Assembly: GCA_040285825.1 (NCBI GenBank)
Contig: JAUPSS010000004.1
Span: forward strand, 5,609,784 to 5,673,783
Reading direction: 5' to 3'
DNA length: 64,000 nucleotides
Source: Eukaryota sp. TZLM1-RC
Lineage: Eukaryota; Protista; Metamonada: BaSk clade
Shown here: piece by piece, positions 10,992 to 22,553 of the stretch
How the letters are laid out: each line of letters opens with the position of its first letter
How positions within the stretch are numbered: the first letter of the stretch is position 1
Notes under the pieces: model-generated
The model's database searches: none
What the model saw: only the letters and a program-made list of their open reading frames with translations
Told to the model about the DNA's origin: nothing
Program-made: the position numbers and the translations under genes

Positions 10992-13841
10992 CCCCTTGTT
11001 TTACACCAGATGAAGATTTTAAAGAAAGTACATCATACACCAATTCACTGGATTTACCGTAAAACAAGTAGAAATAACTTGATAGTTCAGGGAAATGTAT
11101 TTGAATCACTTCGTAAATTGCTTTCCATTTTGCACTATCAAAAGCATTACTAAAATCCAAATTGAAAATAAAAGTGTTTCCTTTAGAGTTAAACAATAAA
11201 TCAGATGTAAGAGTTGCAACTGAAGCTACATCAATTGTTCGAATACCAAGTTGCAATAATGATAAAAATTTTCCAGCTTTTTGACAATTCTAGTAAAAAT
11301 AAATGAGGCAAACAAACCAAAGAGGGATTCACCTACAGCAATAGGACCAATTCTTGATGGTTTAGATTCATTTAATTTGAAAAGAATGTCAAATTCCAGC
11401 AATAATTCCAACAAATTCATCCATTGATTCACCGAATAATAAATGTATATTTTGTACTAAAAATTTAGAAAATATTTCTTCTGACCAGTCATTACGTTTT
11501 TGCGAATCTTGCAGAGCTGTTGATTCTTTGAAATGTCCAATTCGTGTTTCATCACAGGTAAGTCCTCTATCTTCCATCCCCTTTTCAACTAGTTTTCGGA
11601 AATTTACAATAAATTTATCAAAAGATGTATGAGATGTAACACCACTATGGAAATTTTTCTTACTCAAAGATAAAAGATCAAGGTCATGAAAATCAAAATT
11701 TCGTCCTTCTATCATGAAAGAGGAAAATATTGTTCGTAAGACATCTTTCAAAGGACGTTTTGGTTCTGCTAGGCAATGTTTGTTTTAATCAGAACTTGCT
11801 GAATGTAATGAAAACACTGTTGCTCAGCTTAAAAGTCTCCATCCTTTCGAAGATTTTAACTGACCCAAACCTAATAATGTTAATTATTGGGAGCAGAATT
11901 CCCTAACCAATGATGAAATATCTAAATTAATCAAAAATTTACCCTCTGTTCAAGCGCCTGGACCTTCAATGATAGCATTTGATATGTTAAAATTCACAAT
12001 GAACCAATGTCCTGAATGCATTGATGATTTGGTCTCCTTTTTCAATAACATTTTAACATTAAAAATGAAGCTTCCATCTGAAATGACAAGTTCGCGGTTA
12101 ATTGCTTTAAAAAAATTAAACTATAATAAGACCAATTACAATTGGAGAATCACTGTCTCGTATTCTTGCTTCTGTTGTTTGCGGTAGGATTAGTAAAAAA
12201 GCTAAAGATTTTTTTAGTCCTTTTCAATTTGGTGTTAAAACAGTTGATGGAGCATCTTCTGCGGCCTTGTTTTTGACGTTTTCTTTAAATCAAATGATTC
12301 AAATTACATTTTTAATTTAGATTTCAAAAACGCCTTTAATGCTGTTTAAAGGTCATCAATATTGCCTTTGCTGCAAACTCATTTCCCAGAAGCTGAATCT
12401 CTTTTTTACAATTTCTACGGTTCTCAATCAACACTTGTATATGAGGACTTTAATCTTGTATCATCATCTGGAGTTAAACAAGGTGATCCATTGGGTTCTT
12501 TCTTCTTTTGCATCGCTATTCATCTTTTAATGTGTGAATTAAAACAGAAATATTCAGAAATTGAAATTACAGCTTCTATTGATGAGATTTCAATAATTGG
12601 TCCAATTGATTCATTGAGAAAAATTGCTAAAGTTGTTCAACAGCGCTATTATGAAACTGGTCTTTCATTAAACATTTGCAAATGTTTATTGATTGGTAGA
12701 GACCCTGCTGAACTCGTTATTGATGGTCTAACTGTTCCTTTTATCAACAATAATGAATCAGAATTTCAATTGTTAGGTTGTTATATAGGAAAAATTTTTT
12801 GATGAAATTTGAAATCAATTTTCATCTCTTTTAGCAAATTTTGAACAGGAACTTTCTGTTCTTTCAGATTTAAACATAGAAAAACATCTCAAATTCTTCT
12901 TTCTCAGAAGTTGTTATTCAGGTAAATTTGGGTTCTGAACTTGACACAATTTTGTCATTTGAAATTGAAAAACATATTAAGTTTTTTATCTTAAAAATTT
13001 GTAACTCAGGTAAAATTACTCACATTTTAAGAACAACATCTCCTAATATTTCATGTGAGTTTTGCCGCTCATTTAACTATTTGAAAACAAATATTTTGCA
13101 TCTTTGATTGATGTCAATCCTGAACTAATTCGAAGTCATGTATTTTCATCATCTAATGTTGGTGGAATTAATTTCACTAAATCGTCTATTCTCTGTCAGG
13201 CTGTTTTCTTTGGTGGAGGAAAAAATTTTGTTTTTGAATTTCGCAATCGTTTTCCAAATGATGTAAATTTATTGAATTTTAAAACCAATAAATATCTAAA
13301 AGACCTTGAAAATGCTCTTGATTGTTTGCCCCCTGAAATTTGGAGAAAATGTGTTCCCGATAATGTGCAGGAAATACCATCTAGAACACTAGTTAATTTG
13401 AGGTATTGTGTTGAAAAATTGCAACAAACATTATCAATAATTTTTGAAGGCTAGAAGACTGTTCAATCGTGTTTACTGGCAAAACAGGACTGTTTTTTTT
13501 TATTTTTAAGGGAATAAAACTAATTTCTGATTCACTCTGTTTTTTTGGGAAATTTTCTGAAGTCTTGAAGTAGGGGAGGCAGGTTTTGAGAATGTGGAGT
13601 TTTTTAGACGATTTTTTATTTATTTAAAACAAAAACAAAAATGTTAAAAACTAAAAATCTATTTCCTCAAACTCCACATCTACCATTGAAAATTTACCAT
13701 CAACCTTTTCTTCATAATATCTTCCTGGTGATAACAACGAGCTAAAAACAAGGCTATGCATCCCCTTAAAAATGGAAAATACAATTCTATTTTGCCAAAA
13801 GGTTCGGTCAAATATTCTTCCAGTTCTATTTTTGACAATAG
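10992..13841. repeat. Duplicate of 2647-5500 (F fragment, G relic, F-like 3' end)
   Basis: Near-identical at an offset of about 8.34 kb; differences are mostly homopolymer lengths. Confidence 0.95.
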
Positions 13842-14049
13842 TGTTGCCTAAAGTCTATTGTAGTAAAGAAAAGTCTGATTTATTTTCTATTCATATTATA
13901 TAAGCCTTAGGGCGCCAACACTGCTTCTTCCCTTTTTCAAAATAAATCAGCTTATATGAATATGAAATAAAAACTATATACAAATAACGAAATAACTATA
14001 ATAAATACATATAATCGATATAATATAAATAATCGATATAAACTAAGAA

Positions 14050-16111
14050 TTAGCTCCTCTTCCTAATTCTACTACTGCGTCTAGGCTTCTTAGAAGGCGT
14101 AGACTCATTGGAGGTACCTTGTCGTCGACTAGTGGTACGTATTCCCATTTTCTTGTTATCCTTACTAAATAACTTATAAGCTTCTGAGTGTTTAACTGAA
14201 TGGAGTGGCTCTTCCGTTGTCTCACCGCCAAACCACTGAACAGTACAGAAACTACCTGAATCAGAGTGGTATTCTGAGAGGATTTTCTCTATAACGTGTT
14301 TTTCGGAATCGCCTGCAGCGACTGCCTTGAGGAACTCAATGTCCTGTGGATTTTCTGCGTTATAGATTTTGCAATCTTTCTTGGCAGCTTTTAATTCTGA
14401 GCCAGTAGTAAGACTCTTCAATAATAAAGTGGATTTGAATGGAAGGTCAATAACTAAAAATGGTCCATTCCAAGATCCATGCAATTTATTATTTTGCTTG
14501 GTTTTACGTAAGACGTAGTCACCAATATTAAATGCTAAAAAACACGAATTAGTATTATCTACTGAAGACGGAGTATTTAATGTTTGGTGACGCTCTGCTT
14601 CTTCCCTTTTTTCTTGTAGACGACTGTTTTTCATTTTGATGTCATCTAATAAGGGGATATTAGTTTCAAATTTGGATAAATTTCCTAATATATTAGCAGG
14701 GTCTGTTCTTGGGCTAATCGAAGAACCGAACATGAGTTCGTATGGGGTAAAACCAGTTTTTCTGCTTTTAGTAGAATTTATTAATAGTTGGGATATAGGT
14801 ACGTATGTAGACCAATTTCCGTAATCGTTGAAATCTATTAATAGTTTCCTTAAGCATTGAAGAACGTCTCTATGTTTACGTTCCACAAGTCCATTACTTT
14901 CTGAATAGTGGGGAATTGAGTTACTCATCTCAATCGCTAATCTGTTACACACTATTTTGAAAGTCTCATTGGCGAACTCAGGTCCATTATCACTATGAAT
15001 TAACATAGGTATGCCAAAGATAGCGCAAACATTTCAAATTAAGGCATCTGCGGTTTCTAAGGCATTGAGTTCTTTTAGAGGGACTAAGATTGTATATCCA
15101 GTAAAAGAGTCTACAAATACTAATAGATATTTATTTCCTTCGTTGTCAGAATTTAGGGGTCCAATTGTATCGACGTTTAATCTGGCAAAAGGACGATCTG
15201 CCCATAAAGATCCTGTGGAAGGTGTTTTTGATCTTTTAACTGGAGCCGTTTTTTGACAAGTTGGGCATCTTTTGACATGATTAATGACGTCCTTTCTCAT
15301 ATTGGGCCAGTAGAAATCGCTTTTGGATAGTTTGTGTAAACTATCGTTTTTGCTAGGGTGACCAGATTGAACCAAACCATGTATTAATAGTAGTGCGTGT
15401 TTTCTGAGGCTCTTTGGAATCAAAATTTTGTTTTTATTATTTTTCCAAATTTGAGTATTTTCATCTAGAATTGCATTTTCAAATAACGAATCGTTGTTGT
15501 TTTTGGCTATTTGTTGTTCAGATCTTATCTTAGAGAACCAAGAAGAAAAAATAGGTAGGTCTTGGTGTCTACTTAGAGATGAGATTGATGGGGTGTCTTC
15601 AAGATCCGAATCAGAATCGTCGTCTAGTGGAGGTATCTCGTAATTTGAAAGTAAAGTATCTGGTATATTTATGCTACAAATAGAAGGAGTTTCCTCGTTT
15701 TGATCCAAATCAATATTCCTCGATAACATATCTGCCCAATGGTTGTCTTCACCAGGTTCGTGGACTATGTCAAAGTCGAATTCAGATAGTATCGGCAGCC
15801 ATCTCTTTACAATTCTATTTTTCTCTGGGGCTGTAGCCAGGAATGCAATGTTTTTTATGATCTGTGAAAATTGTTAAATGTCTAGTTAACAAGTAGCTTT
15901 CTAAACAACTTTCAGTTAAAATCAAAAGTATTGCATATAATTCTTTTTGTAATGTGGACCATTTTCTTTGTGTTTCTGTAAGTAATCTACTATAGAATGA
16001 CAAAGGTTTTACTTTCCTTTTATTTAGCGGGGTTCCTGCAGGGGAGTAGGGTTCAATTTCTTGCCAAATAACACCTCCTACTGCTACATCTGAAGCGTCA
16101 GTATTTATCAA
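14050..16111 (-). pseudogene. pol: RNase H - integrase - chromodomain-like region of copy 3
   Basis: Near-identical to 5708-7768, with the same in-frame TGA and a homopolymer frameshift near 15855. Confidence 0.88.
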
Positions 16112-16136
16112 TACTCGCTTGCCCGGAGCCGGTTAT

Positions 16137-19118
16137 TCAAGGGGCATGTGGTTTACTGTTAGCATGATTATGACTATTTGGGATGTTTTTAATCCGAAGC
16201 AAGCTCTTTTTAAACATGATTGACCTTCCAGGAATTGAGATTGATGTTTTCTCAATATCCTTTTCAGCTACATTCATCTGCCAGAAAGCTTTTGGTAAAT
16301 CAAGCGTGGCGATGCAATTTGCACTACTCAAAAATTCTAAAATATCACTAATCCTAGGTAGATTAGGCTCTACTGAAATCGTATGGGCATTAACTCCATC
16401 TTTACCACTAAAGTCTCCAGTTAACCTGGGTTTCTTGCCGTCAGGATATATAACTAAGACAATAGGAGAGCTGAATTTATAATTAGATTCAACTGCATAA
16501 CCCATTTCGATCAGTTCATCAAATATTTTGTTTGCTATTTCCATTTTGCTGGGATTTAACCGTCTAGCAGGCTTGTGTACTATAGCATTCTCATCTCTAA
16601 AGGGGATTGTTAGAGGATTACAATCGATTCCTTTTCTATTAGGAGTTTCACTAAAAACATCGCTGAATAATTTTAGTAGACTCGTTAATTTTAATTTATT
16701 ATTACTATCATCTAAATTTATCTCACATCCAGATCTTGCTAATTGCTCCTCAAAATCAGAAGGACTTTGTGATTGGTTATCTAAGTTCCCAATCGAATGT
16801 TGAGCGATCCTAGAGTCGAATTCTGATTCTGCATTTAGCAAAGTGCGGTGTTCTTTGTCTAATCTAATGAAAAGACCATCATCCGTCTGAAGCCCAAGTG
16901 CTTTTAACATGTCTGTCCCTATTAATAATTTGTTCGAACCCGGGATTATGGGAAGAGTATGTTTATAATGAACTTGTTGCGCAATACTTCCTACGTTGAA
17001 GGACAGAATACCAGTTGCACCTTCTAGCGATTTTGTGGATACGTTATTAGCTGGTAAGAACTTAATAGTATCCTTGCTATTGATTGACATATGGCATTGT
17101 TCAGCTAAATCTGCAGTAATAACTGAACAAAACGCTGCCGAATCTATAGTCGCAATCATTTTAATATCATTTATTGATATCTCCAGTCTTAAAAATGGAG
17201 AACGCTGGGACCTGATGTGGTTTTCACTAACCGTAGAATAAATATCAAAAATACTATTGATGTCAGAGCTGGATTGGTGAATTAGTAGAGGAATAAAAAG
17301 ATTTTGTTGAGCTGTTGGAAAGTTGTTGACCGGGTTTCCTAAATCGGTTGTTGATTGATTGTGATTGATTGCGTTGATGTGTACCCGATTAGGTAAGTTG
17401 CCTGTCCTGCTGTTCCGGTTGCTGATGTTGATCCGTCTATGAGGAACCGTACTCGAACGGGTCGGTTTTGACTCAGTAGGGGATGCGTTTGATGATATAT
17501 CCTCTGTAGTGTTGATGTTATAAATAGGTCTGTACTGGCCTCTACCTTTATGACCTCTAAAACGGCCTCTAAATTTGAATCTATGTACACGTCTACCACG
17601 GCCACCTCGGCCCCTATCTACGCTGCCTCTACTAGCAGGCGCCTCCTGTTCTCCTAATCTAAATCTTTCTTCTTTGGGAACTCTGCTTCTAGCACAACGA
17701 GGGTCTTTGCATTCGAATACAGTGTGGCCAACAGGATTGTTACCTTCGACGTTGCTGCAGAATGTACAGAATTTTGATCCTTCTCGTTCATGCTTTTCAG
17801 GGATGTATTTGTGTTGAGGGGTTCCTCTTGACTTTCCACCTGATCGTCTTGCTCGTTTTGATGGAGCCTGGGCTGATGGTGTTACTCCTCTTGAGTAAGT
17901 TCTCATCGCCGTGAGTCCCAAAGGAATATCTTCTTCATTAGCCCTGTTCCTTAGTACATCCATTGTGGGTTTGTTTCCTGCTGTGTAACACCAAGCGAGG
18001 AAATGTCTTCTCGTTGTTGATATCAAATCGAGTAGAGTTGTTCTGTTCGGTGAGTCCCACAAGGATTCCCTAGTCCATACTGGAAGGAGTTCACTTGATA
18101 TAGCAAAGTTATCCAAACCCATAAGGAAGTACTCGGCTATTAGAACGGGAGATATGGTTATCAGCCCACTGCTTCCTCTAATTGAATCGGGTATGGTTAG
18201 GTCGGTCATGTAGGTGGTCATTCTCAAGACGTCTCCAAAATCTTCTACATAACGACCAAACTCGTTGTCAGCCTCATGCCTATTGTGGATTTTTCTCCAG
18301 TTAATTCTAGGCTTCATTAGAGCTGTACAGGCCTCGTGATATGATGTGAATTGTGTTCTTTTTAGCAGAAATACCATGACGTCGGCGTCGGTATAATCAA
18401 CACCGAGTAAACCCTGACTTTGCCATCTGGATAGAAGGCTAGGGTCAATCATGCTGGATATTCCTGTAGGGCAAGTGCTCATCATCATGCTCCTAAATAA
18501 ATCATAATGGTGGATTGGGGGTCCGAGCTTATCTGTTATAGCTGGGTCAATCCTTACCAAAGGCTGTGTTGTATCCCTGGTGATCTCGTCGCGTATATGT
18601 TTGGGGAGATCTTTAATCCTATCTTGGGTTATTTCTGCTTGGCCTTCTCCAAATAGCTGGGTAGCTATCATAAAGGCTCTGGTCCAATCTGATTGACCTG
18701 GGGCTTCAAAGCTTCTATTTGCTATCTTTCGCCCGTATTTATCCCAAGTTTTTAAAAGAAAAGCTATGATAGACATTTTGTTGATAGGATCATCAGCGGA
18801 TAATCGAGGTCTTTTATAGTCGATATCCTTAGACCGTGGATCCATCTGTCTATGAAGGCTACTAGCTGTGCTCATGTCAATAGCTCTTCTTGAGGATTGT
18901 AGGTCCTCAAAACGCATAGATCTGTCGGAAGAAGAGTTTCTTACTGAGGCTTGAGGAGGAGCCGTTTCTCCAACGACTGGCCCGTTCAACTCTATGTCTT
19001 CTCCGATTACACATTCCATAGGTTGGGAGGAAGTTGGTTCTTCCTGAGGAGCAACGTCTTGTGTTGTTACAGGTTCCGGGACGTTCACTGTTGGAACGTT
19101 TTCGGGTATGCTGTCAAT
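16137..19118 (-). CDS. Gag (CX2CX10HX4C knuckle) - protease - partial RT in one open frame
   Basis: ORF 16137-19190 contains CTFCSNVEGNNPVGHTVFEC, an RG-rich tract, IDSAA and LDLPKAFWQ with no gag/pol frameshift. Confidence 0.8.
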   Translation of the reverse strand: MDSIPENVPTVNVPEPVTTQDVAPQEEPTSSQPMECVIGEDIELNGPVVGETAPPQASVRNSSSDRSMRFEDLQSSRRAIDMSTASSLHRQMDPRSKDIDYKRPRLSADDPINKMSIIAFLLKTWDKYGRKIANRSFEAPGQSDWTRAFMIATQLFGEGQAEITQDRIKDLPKHIRDEITRDTTQPLVRIDPAITDKLGPPIHHYDLFRSMMMSTCPTGISSMIDPSLLSRWQSQGLLGVDYTDADVMVFLLKRTQFTSYHEACTALMKPRINWRKIHNRHEADNEFGRYVEDFGDVLRMTTYMTDLTIPDSIRGSSGLITISPVLIAEYFLMGLDNFAISSELLPVWTRESLWDSPNRTTLLDLISTTRRHFLAWCYTAGNKPTMDVLRNRANEEDIPLGLTAMRTYSRGVTPSAQAPSKRARRSGGKSRGTPQHKYIPEKHEREGSKFCTFCSNVEGNNPVGHTVFECKDPRCARSRVPKEERFRLGEQEAPASRGSVDRGRGGRGRRVHRFKFRGRFRGHKGRGQYRPIYNINTTEDISSNASPTESKPTRSSTVPHRRINISNRNSRTGNLPNRVHINAINHNQSTTDLGNPVNNFPTAQQNLFIPLLIHQSSSDINSIFDIYSTVSENHIRSQRSPFLRLEISINDIKMIATIDSAAFCSVITADLAEQCHMSINSKDTIKFLPANNVSTKSLEGATGILSFNVGSIAQQVHYKHTLPIIPGSNKLLIGTDMLKALGLQTDDGLFIRLDKEHRTLLNAESEFDSRIAQHSIGNLDNQSQSPSDFEEQLARSGCEINLDDSNNKLKLTSLLKLFSDVFSETPNRKGIDCNPLTIPFRDENAIVHKPARRLNPSKMEIANKIFDELIEMGYAVESNYKFSSPIVLVIYPDGKKPRLTGDFSGKDGVNAHTISVEPNLPRISDILEFLSSANCIATLDLPKAFWQMNVAEKDIEKTSISIPGRSIMFKKSLLRIKNIPNSHNHANSKPHAP

Positions 19119-22008
19119 AAAATCATCTAGAAATGATAAAGCGGTTTTACTCAAGGTTCCAAATAAAGAAAAAGGACAAAAAAAGGACAAAGAAGGTATT
19201 GAGTATGTGAGTTGGAATGCAGATTATTGATTTTTTCTGTGTACTTGATAATTTTCGCTTCTTCGGCTCTACGTAAAGGTGAATTATAAGATTGTGCCAG
19301 TTTTTCATTTGTGCTGTTTGATACATCAGTAGATCTGACATCAATAATACTCATTGATCCATCAAGTCCGGGAACTAGCACATCACCACGGCTGTCGCCA
19401 AAAGAATTTTTGTCAGATTCATCAGCCAGATTTGAAAGCAAAGGTTCTAAAAGAGATTCAATCTGGTAGGACTTAAACATACAATAGAGCTGATCACGAA
19501 CTGCATCATGCACTTTTGATCTAAAAGTAATAAATCGATTACAATTAAATAAATGGGTTGGAGTGACAGACTTTCCACAGCTACAAATTAAACCATGAGA
19601 AAGATTATCAGGCCAAATAAAAGATCGAAGGCGCATAGATAACAAAAAGCAAGGGTCATTGAGAAACAAACCATAAACTCTTGGTACTTGATTAATCAAA
19701 CAAGAGGCAGAACTATCACAAACATCCAGTAAAAAATTTGCAAAAGTGGGATTTTTTTTCTTGGCCATGCCAAGACGTACTTCATAATCCAAGCCGTCAA
19801 TTATTACTGTCAGTTTTTGTTGAAGCTTCTTCACACAATACCTTAAATTAACTAAATTTCGTGGAGGAATCTCTTGAACTGAGTCGGGAAAGCATTGAGA
19901 CCAAATTTCTGGTGCAATTTTTTTAATAGCAACATCAAGGTCATACAAATATTTTGAAAATGATGGATTAAGCAAATGAATATCTTCAGGGAAACGATTC
20001 AGAAATTCAAAAATAAAATTTTTACCACCACCAACAAAAGCTACTTGACAAAGAATCGATGATTTGGTAAAGCCAACACCACCAAATTGTGAAGAAGAGA
20101 ACAAGTGAGCTCGAATAAGCTCAGGGTTCACTTCTAATAAGGAAGCAAAGAAAGTTGCACGCAGTTGATTAAATGATCGGCAGAAATCAATAGACAAAGA
20201 AAGTGCTGTCAACCTCAATAAGTGAGTAATATTTCCGGAGTAACAAATTTTTAAGATAAAAAACTTGATATGTTTTTCTATTTCTAATTCAGAAATTAAT
20301 TGAAGTTCACTGCCAAGTTTAGCACCAATTTCGTTAAGATTTCTAGTTATTTCATCAACATTTCCTAACCAACATCCTAGAAAACGAAAAGCTTCTTGTG
20401 AATAATTTGTAAAGGGAATTTTACAATTATTAATTTTGAACTCTTTGAAATTATTAATAATTAATAAACATTTTTTGGGATTCGAGTGAAGGCCAATAAT
20501 TTCATATTGTTCAGCAATTTCAGTTGAAGCTTTTTGAACAACATCAAATGGACCGATAAGGGAGATGTCATCCATATAACCCACAATTTTGAGAGAAGGG
20601 TATTTTTCATTAATAGCAATCAAAGATTCTTGGATTGCTAAGCAAAATAATAATGAGCCCAAAGGATCTCCTTGTTTTACACCTGATGAAGACTTGAGAG
20701 AAAAAACATCATAAACTAATTCACTTGGTTTACCATAAAACAAATAGAAATAGCTTGATAGTTCAGGAAAATGTTTTTGAATTACTTCGTAAATTGCTTT
20801 TCTTTTTACACTATCAAAAGCATTGCTAAAATCTAAATTGAAAATAAAATTGTTTCCTTTGGAGTTAAAGAACAAATCAGATGTAAGAGCAGCAACTGAA
20901 GCTCCATCAATCGTTTGAATACCAAATTGCAAAGGTGACAAAAATTGTCCAGCTTTTTTCACAATTCTGTTGAAAATAATTGAGGCAAACAAACGAGAGA
21001 GAGATTCACCAACAGCAATGGGACGAATTCTAGAGGGTTTAGATTCATTTCCAGGTTTAACTAAAGCAATAAGACGTGCAGCAGTAAGCTCATGTGAAGG
21101 AACGACTTTTAAAGACACCAATTGTTGGAAATAGAATGCTAAATCATCTGCAATTTCGGGTGTTTTATTACAAGCGGTTTTTAAAATATCAAACGAAATT
21201 CCCGATGGTCCAGCAGCTTTACCTTTTGGTAATTTTTTAATTGCAGCAAGAACTTCTGAGGCATTTATTGGATTAGTAGACCAAAATTGACAAATATTGG
21301 GTTTTGGACAAATGAAATTTTCCTCAGGATAAAGCTTTTTCAATTTTTCAACTGTCTCAAGGGTTGGTTTAGCAATATCAGAGGAAAACAACGACTGCAC
21401 TCCATCACCATATCTACCTCGAAGAGACAATTTTCTTAATTGTTTAACTTTTGGTATTGGATTTTGTTTATAAACAGCATTTTTGTTCACAAACGATTTC
21501 TTTTTTGCAAAAAATTTCCAAAAACTGCTTACAACCCATTCATTTTTCAACTTACTTGTAAATGAACGAAGTTCGATAGACAATGGGATTGAAGAACCAG
21601 GGCTGACTTCAACAGGAATTTTCACTGGTGGTCTCAGGGTATCTTGTGCTTTACATGATCGACAAAATAGCAATGGTCTACCCTGATTGACTTCACTAAT
21701 GGCTATTTGACAAAATGGACATGTATTTACATTAAAATTTGAATTATGACTAGAAGAAGAATTTTCACGATTATTAGACAAGTGCAACTTTTCGGACAAT
21801 AACACTTCAGAAGTTTTAACATTTTGTTTTGAAGATATTGACTTTTAGACTGTAGTTGAATAATAAATTAAAATTTTTTAAAAAAAAACTTTTAACATTG
21901 TGATTAATTGCACGAACTTCCACATTGTTGGACTCAAGAAAACAACTGTTTAGCACGTGGTTAACTGATTCGAATTTTAAAGCATTATTTTTGTTTTCTT
22001 TACAAGTA
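19119..22008 (-). mobile_element. CRE-like non-LTR family F; ORF 19151-21805 (C4 zinc motif, RT, CCHC, RLE)
   Basis: KAAGPSG, RPIAVGE, LDFSNAFDSV, GVKQGDPLG, YMDD, CSCGKSVTPTHLFNC, VHD, RGD..IDV..KY. Confidence 0.9.
21824..21889 (+). mobile_element. Extremely 5'-truncated family B insertion (~66 bp) in F
   Basis: CFEDIDF* plus UTR and A-tail, flanked by TSD ttttaacatt (21814-21823 and 21890-21899). Confidence 0.85.
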
Positions 22009-22553
22009 GCTTTGGTCAAATATTTCGATGAATTGAATCCAACACCGCCAAGTTGAACATCAGAAAAAATATGATTTTTCAAAATTGATGGATCAACAGA
22101 CATTAAATCAGCCAAAAATTGGGTACGTATTTTGTTAAATTGTCTACAAAAATTGTAAGTTAGGGATGGAGGTAATGATCTCAGTAAATGAGTAATTTTT
22201 CCAGCATAACAAATTTTCAAAAGAAAAAACTTAAGATGTTTTTCCAATTCAAGAGTCTTTATGACTTCTAGCTCTTTTTTAATTGAATTTAAATAATTTT
22301 CAAGGCTATCAAGTGTTTTTTCGGCGGAACCTAAATAGCAACCAAGAAAGCAGAAACTAGTTGAAGTATAATCAATATATGGAACTTCAAGGGAATTAAT
22401 TATTAACTTAACATTTTTCCTAGAAATACAAAAACATTTTTGAACATTCAACTCAAGACCTATGGATTGGTATAATGTAGCAGCTTCATTAGCAACCCTA
22501 TTAATTGTACTTTCTGGACCAATACAAGAAATGTCATCCATGTAGGCTACCAC
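22009..22553 (-). pseudogene. Family B internal RT fragment
   Basis: VAYMDDISCIGP...YLTKA matches B copies at 41.8-42.3 kb. Confidence 0.85.

Larger units (their letters stand above)
13842..19118 (-). mobile_element. Gypsy copy 3 (3' LTR 13842-13920; 5' LTR and 5' gag deleted)
   Basis: Same domains as copy 2; joins CRE-like family F near 19115. Confidence 0.9.
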
